From contig NC_058368.1 of assembly GCF_018350175.1 (NCBI RefSeq), positions 88,724,001 through 88,788,000 of the forward strand: 64,000 bases of DNA. Reading direction: 5' to 3'. A model generated the notes under the pieces. It searched no databases. It saw nothing but the letters and a program-made list of their open reading frames with translations, and was not told where the DNA came from. Every line of letters starts with the position of its first letter. Within the stretch, counting starts at the first letter, position 1. Made by a program: the position numbers and the translations under genes. Positions 10,255 to 22,439 of this stretch are shown here, one piece after another. Origin of the DNA: Felis catus (Eukaryota).

Positions 10255-10725
10255 AAAGAGTAGAAAGGCAAACCACAGATTGAGGCAAAATATTTCCAAA
10301 TAAAATATCTGATAAAGGACTTTCACTCAGAATATATAAAGATGTCTCAACTTTCAATACTAAGAAAAAACCAAACAATCCAAGTAAAAATGGACAAAAG
10401 ATTGAACAGATCCTTCACCAAAGAAGAAATACAGATGGAAAAGGATATGAAAAGCTGTTCAACATCACAAGTTATTAGGGAAATGCAAATTAAAATGAGA
10501 ATGAGATATGTCTACACACTTGCCAGAATTTCTATGATTAAAGTCTGACCATATGTATCAGTGGTAAAGATACAGAGCAACTGAGCTCTCATATACTGCT
10601 GGTGGGATTGCGTAAAATGGTACTTTGGAAACCATGCTGGAGATCAGTTTGGCAGTTTCTTAAAAATTAAACATGTACTTCCCATTTCACTCCCACATAT
10701 TTACTCAAGAGAAATAAAAACCTAC
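10255..10725 (+). mobile_element. Old L1 ORF2 3' fragment
   Basis: NRSFTKEEIQM..SCSTSQVIREMQIK-like translation. Confidence 0.8.
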
Positions 10726-13028
10726 ATACAGAAAGAAAATGGTAGAGTAGAAAGCTCCAAAGATCCATTCCTCCACCTAAACAGCTATTGAACTGGCAGA
10801 ATTGTCTGAATCAAATGTTCTGGAACTCTAGAGTCAGTCAAACATTTGCAACACCCAGGGAAGAAGATGATGAAGAGGCTGGTAAATGTTAGCAAATTTC
10901 AGCATTTTGTGGGGTGTTACTCCTTATACTCCTGGTAGGAGGCAGTGGGGGAAGCTGAACTTGTTCCTGGTACAGCTTTCTGGAGCCAGGGTGGGCAGTA
11001 AGGACCTTCCCCTCCCTATACCTAGATTGTGTGTTCTTAGTGCTGATGCTCCTTTTGATCACTGAGAGGCCAGCACAAAGGCTGGCAGCCACAGTTTTAA
11101 CCCTCAAAGGCTAAAGAAGCTCCCAGGAGATTTAAAAAGGCAGTACTTCCCCCCCCCCACCTCTTTTGGGAGTCAGACATTTAAGAAAATCGTTTTTAGG
11201 CCACTGGCTGATCACAGAGATAAAAGAACATAAACTTCAATTACTACATACAATGAGGAGTAGACACTTCACAAAAAAAAAAAAGTTTGGAAAAGTCACA
11301 AATGGATAAATCCAACCCTTCACAAGCAAGACTTAGCAATCACTGAGGGCTGAGATAATTACATTTTCAGAATTACACAACACTCAAAATGTCAAGTTTT
11401 GAACAAAAAAATAGTAAAACATACAAAGAAACAGGCAAATACAGCTGATTTACAGGAAAAATAAGAATTTGGAAGTAATCATCCTCTAGGAAGACCAAAT
11501 ATTAGAATTCTTTGTCAAAGATGTTAAATCAACTCTCTTAAAGATGTACAATGAATTTAAAGGAAACCCTGGACAAAGAACTAAAGGTAATAGGAAAATG
11601 ATGCAAGAAAAACATGAGAATATCAATAATGACATAGGAAATTTAATAATAAACCAAACAAATTCTCAAGCTGATGAGTACAATAGCTACAACAAAACAC
11701 TCAGTAGAGAGGTTCAATATCAGATTTGAGAAAGCAGAAGAAAGGATTAGTGAACTTGAAATTATGCAATCTGAAGAAAAAAAGGAAAAAAGAATGAATA
11801 CAAATGAACAGAGTCTGTGGGACATCATCAAACTCATCAACATTCTCATTTTAGGAGTTCCAAAGAAGATGAGAGATAGAAAGGGCAGATAAAATATTTG
11901 AAGAAATCATGTCCCAAAAGTTCTCAAGTCTGAGGAAACACATGAATGTATACATCCAAGAAGATCAATCAATTCCAAGGAGGATAAACTCAAAGAGATT
12001 TACACCACGACACATTTTACAGTCAACTTGTTGAAACCCAAAGAAGGAATTTAGAAAGCAGGAAGAGAAAACTAATTCATCACCTACAAAGGATCCTCCC
12101 TAAATGAAGAGGTGATTTCCTTTGGGGCCTCTGGGTGGCTCAGAAGCTTGAGCACTGAGTTCGGCTCAGGTCAGGATCTCATGGCTGGTGGATTTGAACC
12201 CCATATCAGGCTCTGCATTGACAGTGCTCTTTCCCTCTCTCTTTGCCCCCCCCCCACTACCAGTTTCTCTCAAAAATAAATTTTTAAGAACATTTAAAAA
12301 GTTATTAATATAATAAAAAAGGACCACTAAAGAGAATCTCTTGTGCTCAAATGAAAGGTCACTAAAGAGTAACTCCAAGTCATAAGAAAAAAGGAAAGAA
12401 CACTGGTAAAGGTAACCACAGGGGTAAATATGAAAGCCAGTATTACTGTACTTTTGGTATCGTTTGCAACTTCTCTCTTTTTCCTATATAATAGCCAAAT
12501 GCCAAACACAATGATTTTAAATCAATATTAATGGCTATGCAATGCATAAAGATTAATCTGTGACAATAATAGTTGGGGTAGGAATAGGGATGTATAGGAT
12601 CAAAGTATACACTATTGAAACTAAATCAGCATTATGTAAATTACACTGTTATATGTTAATTGTAATCTCTAAGGTCATTAAGAAATAACTTTTAAAAAGG
12701 GAATCAAAGTGGTACCCTACCCAGAAAAGGGAGGGCAGTAATAAAGAAACTGAGGAACAGAAAGCATAAAAGATGTACCAAAAACAAACAGGTAAAGAGA
12801 AGTAAATCCTTCTTTATCAGCAAACTTGTTAAATGAAAATAACTCTCCTATTAAAAACATGAATTGAAATGTTGGATAAAATACATCCTCCATCCAGATG
12901 CTAGATATTCACTTTAGATGTAAGTACACACAAAAATTGAAAGTAAAAAGATGGAAAAGATATCTCATGCAAAGAGTAACCAAAAGGCAGCTGGGTTCCT
13001 ACATTATTATCAGAAAGAATAGACTTTA

Positions 13029-13245
13029 GGAGCACCTGGGTGGCTCAGTCGGTAGAGTGTCTGACTTCGACTCAAGTCATGATCTCACGGTCCATGAGTT
13101 CGAGACCTGCTCGGGCTCTGTGCTGACAGGTCGGAGCCTGGAGCCTGCTTCAGATTCTGTGTCTCTCTCTCTCTGCCCCTCCCCCACTCATGCTCGCGCG
13201 CTCTCTCTGTCTTTGTCAAAAAGAAATAAACATTAAAAATATTTT
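13029..13245 (+). mobile_element. SINEC_Fc-type SINE
   Basis: GGAGCACCTGGGTGGCTCAGTCGG head, CT tract, A tail. Confidence 0.9.
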
Positions 13246-13649
13246 TAAAAAGGAAAAAGAAAAAATTGACTTTAAATCAAAATGGGTTATGAGAAACAGA
13301 AACTATTAATAAAAGGTTCAACACAACAAGAGGATATAACAATTATAAACATACAGGCACCAACAACACAGCCCCCAAAATATATACACCAAAAACCGAA
13401 GGAGAAATAGACTTTTCTACAATAGTAGTTGGAGACTAAAATGCCTAACTTTCAATAATGGATGCAACAACCGGAGAGATGATAAACAGGGGAATTAAAC
13501 AACACTATAAACCAATTGTATACATACAGAACAGGCATATACAGAATACTCTACCCAAGAAGAGAGTAATTCACATACTTCTCAAGAACACATGGAATAT
13601 TCTCCAGGATAAACTATTTGTTAGGCTACACAATAAGGTTTTTTGCTGT

Positions 13650-13858
13650 GTTTTTTTAAATGTTTATTTTTCTGAGAGAGAGAGACACAGTGCGAGCAGG
13701 GGAGGGGCAGAGAGAGAGGGACACACAGAACCTGAAGAAGGCTCCAGGCTCCGAGCTGTCAGCACACAGTCCGATGTGGTGCTCAAAGCCACCAACCGAG
13801 AGATCATGACCTGAGCCAAAGTGAGATGCCTAACCAACTGAACCACCCAGGTTCCCCA
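13650..13858 (-). mobile_element. SINEC_Fc-type SINE
   Basis: Reverse Can-SINE; flanking direct repeat AGGCTACACAATAAG. Confidence 0.9.
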
Positions 13859-14200
13859 GGCTACACAATAAGTCTTAATAAATTTTAAAAGATTCCAATC
13901 TTATAAAACATCTTTTCTGATCTCAGTGGAACGCAGCTAGAAATCAGTTGCCAAAGAAAAATTGGAAAATTCACAAATAGGTGGACACTGAATGGCACAC
14001 GCTTAAACAACCAATGGGTGAAAGAAGAAATCACAAGGAAAATGAAAATGCCTTTAGTCAAAGACAACAAAAACACAACATACCAAAACTCATGGGCTGC
14101 AACAAAGGTAGTGCAGAGAGGGAAATCTGTATCTGTAAATGCATACACTGAAAAATATCTCAAGTCAATACCCTAATTGTACATCTTAAGGAATATTTTA

Positions 14201-15779
14201 TTTTATTTTACTTATTTTTTTTTTTTACTTTTCTTTCAGGATTATTTTCTTTTGTTTGTTTGTTTATTTATTTACTTAATTTTTATTTTTATTTTTTTCA
14301 ATATATGAAATTTACTGTCAAATTGGTTTCCATACAACACCCAGTGCTCATCCCAAAAGGTGCCCTCCTCAATACCCATCACCCACCCTCCCCTCCCTCC
14401 TGCCCCCCATCAACCCTCAGTTTGTTCTCAGTTTTTAAGAGTCTCTTATGCTTTGGCTCTCTCCCACTCTAACCTCTTTTTTTTTCCTACCCCTCCCCCC
14501 ATGGGTTTCTGTTAAGTTTCTCAGGATCCACATAAGAGTGAAAACATATAGTATCTGTCTTTCTCTGTATGGCTTATTTCACTTAGCATCACACTCTCCA
14601 GTTCCATCCACGTTGCTACAAAGGGCCATATTTCACTCTTTCTCATTGCCACGTAGTACTCCATTGTGTATATAAACCACAATTTCTTTCTCCATTCATC
14701 AGTTGATGGACATTTAGGCTCTTTCCATAATTTGGCTATTGTTGAGAGTGCTGCTATAAACATTGGGGTACAAGTGCCCCTATGCATCCGTACTCCTGTA
14801 TCCCTTGGGTAAATTCCTAGCAGTGCTATTGCTGGGTCATAGGATAGGTCTATTTTTTAATTTTCTGAGGAACCTCCACACTGTTTTCCAGAGTGGCTGC
14901 ACCAATTTGCATTCCCAGCAACAGTGCAAGAGGGTTCCCGTTTCTCCACATCCTCTCCAGCATCTATAGTCTCCTGATTTGTTCATTTTGGCCACTCTGA
15001 CTGGCATGAGGTGATATCTGAGTGTGGTTTTGATTTGTATTTCCCTGATGAGGAGCGACGTTGAGCATCTTTTCATGTGCCTGTTGGCCATCTGGATGTC
15101 TTCTTTAGAGAAGTGTCTATTCATGTTTTCTGCCCATTTCTTCACTGGGTTATTTGTTTTTTGGGTGTGGAGTTTGGTGAGCTCTTTATAGATTTTGGAT
15201 ACTAGCCCTTTGTCCGATATGTCATTTGCAAATATCTTTTCTCATTCTGTTGGTTGCCTTTTAGTTTTGTTGGTTGTTTCCTTTGCTGTGCAGAAGCTTT
15301 TTATCTTCATAAGGTCCCAGTAATTCATTTTTGCTTTTAATTCCCTTGCCTTTGGGGATGTGTCAAGTAAGAGATTGCTATGGCTGAGGTCAGAGAGGTC
15401 TTTTCCTGCTTTCTCCTCTAGGGTTTTGATGGTTTCCTGTATCACATTCAGGTCCTTTACCCATTTTGAGTTTATTTTTGTGAATGGTGTGAGAAAGTGG
15501 TCTAGTTTCAACCTCTGCATATTGCTGTCCAGTTCTCCCAGCACCATTTGTTAAAGAGACTGTCTTTTTTCCATTGGATGTTCTTTCCTGCTTTGTCAAA
15601 GATGAGTTGGCCATACGTTTGTGGGTCTAATTCTGGGGTTTCTATTCTATTCCATTGGTCTATGTGTCTGTTTTTGTGCCAATACCATGCTGTCTTGATG
15701 ATGACAGCTTTGTAGCAGAGGCTAAAGTCTGGGATTGTGATGCCTCCTGCTTTGGTCTTCTTCAAAATTACTTTGGCTA
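14201..15779 (-). mobile_element. 5'-truncated young feline L1 (ORF2 C-terminus plus 3'UTR)
   Basis: ORF2 motifs [41 protein letters not shown]; poly(A); 15-bp TSD TTAAGGAATATTTTA at 14186-14200 and 15780-15794. Confidence 0.95.
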
Positions 15780-16603
15780 TTAAGGAATATTTTAAAAGGG
15801 TAACCTAAAATCAAAACTAGTAGAAGGAAGGAAATAATAAAGATTAGAGCAGATACAGATAAAATAGAGAAAAAAGGACAATACAGAAAATCAATGAAAC
15901 CAAAGTTGGTTCCTTGAAAAAAAAAATCAACAAAAGTGACAAACAGGACTGACCAAAAAAAAAGAAAAACAGAAAAATACTTAAATTACTAGAATCAGAA
16001 ATGAAAGTGATTATACCAATTATACATAAATAAAAAGGATAAGAGAATACTGTGATAAATTATACACCCAAAATTTGATTACCTAGGTGAAGTGGACAAA
16101 TTGCTAGAAACATGCAATCAACATAAACTAACTCATGAAGAAGTAAAAAATCTGAATAGACCCATAAATAGTAAAGAAATTAAATCAATAATCACAAAAC
16201 CCCCAACAACGAAAAGCCTGGGGCTGAATGGCTTCACCAATCCTTCTCAAAATCATCCCCCCCCTCATAAAAACTGAAGAAGAATGAACACGTCCCAATT
16301 AATTTGATGAGGCCAAAAATACCCTGATACCAATGCCAGAAAAAAAACACTACAAGAAAAAGAAACTTCAGGCCAATATTCCTGATGAATAAAAATGCAA
16401 AAACCCTCCACAAAATACTAGCAAGCTGAGTTCACTGTGAACAAGTGGAATACTCAGTTGCAAGGATGGTTTACCTTATGGTCAAGGGGGCAAGGTTTCA
16501 GTTATACACAATGAACAAGTTCTAGAGATCTAATGTACATCAGATGACTATAGTTAATAACATTGTATTGCGTACTAGAAATTTGCCAGAAGAGTAGCTC
16601 TCA

Positions 16604-16800
16604 GGAGCCCCTGGGTGGCTAAGTCAATTAAGTGTCCGACTTCAGCTCAAGTCATGTTCTAGCAGTTCGTGGGTTCAAGTCCCACATGGGGCTCAGAGCA
16701 TAGAGCCTGCTTCAGATCCATTTCCCTCTCTGTCTACCACTCTCCTGCTCATGCTCTGTCTCTCTTTGTGTCTCAAAAATAAATAAATGTTAAAAAAATT
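16604..16800 (+). mobile_element. Can-SINE
   Basis: Head, CT tract, A tail; flanked by AAGAGTAG(C/T)TCTCAG repeat. Confidence 0.88.
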
Positions 16801-16898
16801 TAAAAAGAGTAGTTCTCAGATTGCTTTCACTGCCAAAAAATAAAAGTAACTATGTGAGATGGATATGTTAATTGGTTTGATTGTAATAATCGTTTAAC

Positions 16899-16934
<36 letters not shown>

Positions 16935-17669
16935 CATATATATGAAAGTATACTATTTTATACCTTAAATATTTAAATTTTATTAAATAAAAGAAAAATA
17001 ATAAAATGACTTTTAAGCTATGAAGCAAGAAAAGGCAGTAATGGAGGAAGAAAGGGCTTATTTACTCATATAAGAAGCATAACTGGGTTGTGTCCTCAGT
17101 GCCTCTGTGGATGGTCACAGCAAATTATCCCCAGGTTTTTGGTTTAAGCCAGAAATCAGTTAGCTACAGCCTATTTTTATAAATAAAGTTTGATTGGAAC
17201 ACACACATGCAAAGATTTCAAACCCCCTCCCAAAAAAAACCCCTGGCATATTATATATTTAAAAAAAACACTTGACATATTATTGGTGCTAAAAAGCAAA
17301 CACCACAGTTGCAGGGTATAAAAGCAATATGTGAAAATCAGTTGCATTTCTATACACTATAAATGAACACTACAAAAATGAAATTAAGAAAACAATTTCA
17401 CTTACAATCACATCAAAAGGAATAAAATATCAATAAAGTACCAAAGAGACAACAGAGTTGTGGAATGAGAACTGTAATGTATTGCTGAAGGAAATTTTAA
17501 AAGCCCTGAATAAAATGAAAAAAAAATCTTCATTTTCATCAATTAGAAGATTTAATATTGTTCAGATGAACCACTACCCAAAGTGATCTTCAGTTTCAAC
17601 GACATCTCTGTTAAAATCCGAACATGTTTGCTGCTTTTCTTTTGTTTCCCTTTGTTTTGTTTTTACCTA

Positions 17670-18090
17670 CCCAGGCCCACTGATGCCTCAAGACAGCTCA
17701 CAGAACCCACGATGTAGTCATACTTCTTCATGCCTCAAGACAGCTCACAGAACCCAAGATGTAGTCATACTTCTCACTAAGATTTATTACAAGGAAGGAA
17801 AATAAGGGAAAACTAGCAAAAGAAGTAGGCATAAGACCAAAGCCGGGAGGAAGCCAGGTGCAAGGTGCCAAGGATTGTCTCCCAGTGGAGTCACAAAGGC
17901 CATGCTTATTTCTTCTAGCAATGAATTGTAACAACACAGGTCTTTACACTGTGTCCCCAGAGACTCAGCACCTAAGGAGTTTCTTTAAGGCTAGCCATCT
18001 AGACACCTGCTGTCTTGCACTTACGAAAACAACTCCCCAAAGCAAGGCAAGTACTCAGCCTAAGCCACGTTGTTTGCGTGATTTAGAGGT
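17670..18090. mobile_element. MER21-like LTR fragment with internal 47-bp tandem duplication
   Basis: Resembles MER21 consensus (GATTTATTAC..., CTCCCAGTGGAGTCAC, CTAGCAATGAATTGTAACAACAC); duplicate at 17683-17775. Confidence 0.6.
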
Positions 18091-18129
18091 GATTGATTGT
18101 AGCCTCCAAATTTCAGTCCAGCATGTAGA

Positions 18130-21100
18130 GTTTGGAAGTCCTCACTCCCATTCTCACAAGAAGAAAAAAAATGTGAAATCAAAACTCTTCTAGGATCCAC
18201 AAGAGAATTGAGGTCACAGGGCAGAGTGCTGCCCCCAACACTGGATGGCAGACAGAGAGAAACACAGCTTCCTTGAGCAGAAACGCACAAGTAGAAGTTG
18301 CTGACAGGAACACTTTAAACCGTAATTGAAGAATTGCTGGAGGCACCATGTGAACTAATTAAGAATTAAAAATATTGAGAACCAAATAAAAGTAAGTTGA
18401 GAACTAGTTGAGAATTAAAAACTCCTGGGGATCTGGTCTTATGGGGGACCCCGAGCTTTTGTGAGTTTTACCTCCAGGAGTCACACATCAGGTTCTCAGG
18501 TGAAAGATGGGAGGAAAATCCCTTAGTGCTTCTGGCAGGAGGAGGGGAAAGTAGCCATTCTGAAATACCCCCCACAGCATTCTGCTCTTAACAAGGAGTG
18601 CCCTGAAGAGAAACTGTTTTATTGGAAGTTAACAAACCTGAGGGAAGGGTAATACCTATCTCTGGCCTTCTCTACCTTTCCTGAAACCCCAGAATGGAGA
18701 ACTGAAATAAAGATACTTGTGAAGATCATATCCCAGGGGCACAGTCTCACTAAAAGACAGACCTAATCATACAACCATACAACTATCCAAGGTTTCCTTT
18801 CCCACCACATCTTAACACTGTATCAAGAGCACTCCTGCAAAATAATAGTTGGTTATTGTGAAAAGAAGGCAGCTTCTCTTTAATTAGTCTCTAGGAAGAC
18901 CCAAAGACAATAGGGAACACAAAAACAAAGATGCCCCCCACACCATTCTGCTCTTAACAAGACCTGCCCTCAAGAGAAACTGGTTTTTTTTTTGGAAGGT
19001 AACAAATGTGAGGGAAGGGTAATACCCACCTCTGGCCCTCTCTACCTTCCCTGCAATACCAGAAGAGAGAACTGAAAGATACGTGTGAAGGTCATACCCC
19101 AGGGGTACAGGCTCACTGAAAGACTGAGACCTAATCATACAACTACCCAAGATTTCCTTTCCCACCACATCTTAACACTGTATCAACAGCACTCATGCAA
19201 AATAATAGGTGGTTATTGTGAAAAGAAGGCTGATTCTCTTTAGTCTCTAGGAAGACCCAAAGACAACAGAGAACACAAAAACAAAGATGCTGGAAGTTTT
19301 ATTCTTTGACACCTACAGCTATAACACAACCTAACCCCTAACCAGATAAACATAAAACTTCACACTAAAGGCCTATCTACTCTAGTTTCCATAACTCAAT
19401 GTACATCCACCTTTCAGCAGAAAATTATAAGGCATAATAAAAGTAAAAACAAACAGAATGGACCAAGAAAGAATAAGACCCAGACTCAGATATGGCACAT
19501 TTGGGGAATATTATACGGGGGACTTAAAGATTAATATATGCAATATTATAAGAGCTTTAATGGGAAAAATGAAAACATGCAAGAAAGCAGTAGTAATGTA
19601 AGCAGGGAGATGGAAACTTTAAGAAAGAATTAAAAGGAAATGTTAGAGGGGCGCCTGGGTGGTGCAGTCGGTTAAGCGTCCGACTTCAGCCAGGTCACGA
19701 TCTCGCGGTCTGGGAGTTCGAGCCCCGCGTCAGGCTCTGGGCTGATGGCTCAGAGGCTGGAGCCTGTTTCCGATTCTGTGTCCCCCTCTCTCTCTGCCCC
19801 TCCTCCGTTCATGCTCTGTCTCTCTCTGTCCCAAAAATAAATAAAAACGTCGAAAAAAAATAATAAAAAAAAAAAAGGAAATGCTAGAAATAAAAAGTAT
19901 AGTAACAAATGAGGAATGCCTTTAAGGGTTCATCAGTAGACTGGACAGAAGGAAGAAAAGACTCAGTAAATGTGAAGACAAGTCAACAAGAAGTTCTAAA
20001 ACCAAAATACAAAACGGAGAATGAATGAAAAAGAGCAGAATGTCCAACACTGTGAGACAATTACTAAAGGAATAACATAAACATAATTAGAATACTGGAA
20101 GGAAAGGCGAGAAAGGAATTGAAATATTTGAAGTAATAATTGCTGAGACTTTTCCAAAATCAAAGAGAGACACTAAATCACAGATACAGGAAGCTCAAGG
20201 AACATGAAATAGTATTTTTTAAAAAACTCCATATCTACATAAGCACATCATATTCAAAGTGTAGAAAATCGAAGACAAAGAGAAACTCTGGTAAGAAATA
20301 AAAGGATTAAGTGTCTTATAGAAGAACAGGGTGATATTTACAGTGGACTTCTCTTCAAAAACCGTGCCAGTAAGAAGAGAATGAGGTGAACTATCTACAG
20401 TATTGAAAGAAGTCAACATAGAATTCTGTATCCAGAAAAATTATTCCTTTGTTTTTTAAATGCTTATTTATTTATTTTGAGAGAAAGTGCACATGCATGA
20501 GCAGGGGAGATGCAGAGAGAGAGAGGGGGAGAGAGAATCCCAAGCAGGCTCTGCACTATCAGTGCGAAGACAGGTGTGGGGGTCAGTCTCATGAAACCAT
20601 GAGATCATGATCTAAATCAAAATCAAGAGTCAGACGCTTAACCAACTGATCACCAGGCACCCTGACAGCAAAATTATTCTTAAAAAGTGAAACAAGGGGT
20701 AACTGAGTGGCTCAGTCAGTTAAGCTTCTGACTCTTGGTTTTGGCTCAGGTCATGATCTCATGCTTGGGAAGACTGAGCTCTGCAATGGGCTCTCTGCTG
20801 TCAGCATGGAGCCTGCTTTGGGATTCTCTTTCCCTCTCTGTCCCTGGCCAGTTCTTACTCTCTCACTCTCAAAATAAAAAAACTTTAAAAAACGCTTTTA
20901 AGTGAAAGAAAAATGAAGGCTTTTTCAGAAAAACAAAAATTAAGGAAATTTGTTGACATTACTTGCTTTGTCTCAGAGCCCCTGACACCCTCATGTTTAT
21001 ACACACAGATACACTAGATATAGAGGGGGAAATACATATACATAGATAGATAGATAGATACACATGGGTATATATACAGAGTGATAGCTATAGATATATC

Positions 21101-21815
21101 TTCTGCTCTGTCATCTGGGAGAGCCAAGAAATAATAATACACGAGTAGAAAGGAGCACACTTATCACCCATATCTTGGCTTCTAATTCTGTTCTCCAATA
21201 AAGGGAAGAAAGGATCCTAGGAGAAATGCCGGATTCCAGGGCTTTGGCAGGGAATTTACAAGAACATCTTATAGTGCTACAAATAAAGAAGAGCTTGTAA
21301 AAGGATGGGGACATGTCAAAGGTAGACAAGACACAACTGAAAGAGATTGCACTAGACAAAGCTTAAACAATCCGAGGGGAAAAAAATCAGTAAATTAGTA
21401 TTGTATTCAACCCAAGTATAAGATAAATATCTAGAAATCCATACCGATATAAATAAATGACTGAATAAATAAATAAATGGGAGAAAAGAGACAACTCTCC
21501 ATGTAGGAGAATTTTAAATAATTTAGGTAAATACTCTGTTTTCAGGAGCCTTGAACATGGGCTGCACATAGTAGTTTCCTTCCAAAGAATACAGTATGGA
21601 AATGGGAGGAAAAGAATCAGTTCACAGTAGAGACACTTGACAAGCATGAACTCAGCCAGGTAATTATGGTCACTATAAACAGTGATATCTTGATAGCATG
21701 CTCCCTTGATATGTGAGAAGAATGACACTTTATCTCTGTATTTCCTCAAACCCATACCCCTTTCTAATTATGACGGAACACATCAGATAAATCTCCACTG
21801 AGGGATAGTTTCAAA
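18130..21815 (+). mobile_element. Ancient L1M/L1MC-type fragments (5' region/ORF1 and 3' end) with SINEs at ~19648-19876 (+), ~20450-20662 (-), ~20697-20885 (+)
   Basis: A-rich ORF1-like sequence and L1MC-like 3' end; young SINE at 19648 with TSD AAAAGGAAATG(T/C)TAGA. Confidence 0.65.
18568..19290 (+). repeat. Direct tandem duplication of ~360 bp
   Basis: 18568-18933 and 18934-19290 align end to end (CCCCACA.CATTCTGCTCTTAACAAG ... GAACACAAAAACAAAGATGC). Confidence 0.95.
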
Positions 21816-22365
21816 GGGGGCCAAATTGTCTGAACATCATGGATGTTCTCAGCTTCTGAAATGCAGCTACATCAACTCTGAAACATTTTGCATACCTAGG
21901 AAATTGATCTGAGGATTGACATTAACAATCTGCATAACTTGAGCCACAGAATTCAGCAGGTATGTGCTCTGGAGACGTGAACTGGGAGAGAGAAGCCATG
22001 GAGGGTAGGGAGCTGTTTTTGCAGCGAGAGGACAGAGAAGGTTGGGGGGGGAGAGTGTGGTACAATGGGAAAGTACAGGAAAAGCACTCCCCACCAAAGT
22101 AGCTGGACAGAAAGAGAAAGAGTGGAAACACTCACAAAGGACTGAACAAGAAATCTGTTCCCCAAAATCACTGACAGTGATAAAGGAGACGGTTTCAATA
22201 CTATTAGGACTCTATAAACAGGGGTGTGCAAAGTCAGAAAGTCTGGAGCTCAATACCAGGTGGTTCACTGGTGAGGAAGCAAGGCGAATCCCCAGAAGCA
22301 TGCAGTGAGATCCGAGGGGTCCATAGGTCACATGGGGAGAAGCCCTTCCCCTGCATGGAGGTCAT
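21816..22365 (+). mobile_element. Carnivore L1 5'UTR fragment
   Basis: Resembles the carnivore L1 5' end by eye. Confidence 0.55.
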
Positions 22366-22439
22366 TTTTATTTTGTTTTATTTTTATTTTTTTTATTTTT
22401 TTATTTTTTAATATTATTTATTAATATAACTTGTATCTG

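Larger units (their letters stand above)
10740..17640 (+). mobile_element. Degenerate L1 (5'UTR, ORF1, ORF2 pieces) with nested insertions
   Basis: ORF1-like AEERISELE / EQSLWDII; endonuclease and ORF2-like DKLLET..NLNRPI; several SINEs and an antisense L1 inside. Confidence 0.8.

Noticed and set aside
19648..19740. tRNA genes suggested by A/B-box motifs
   Set aside because: All such motifs are heads of tRNA-derived Can-SINEs.
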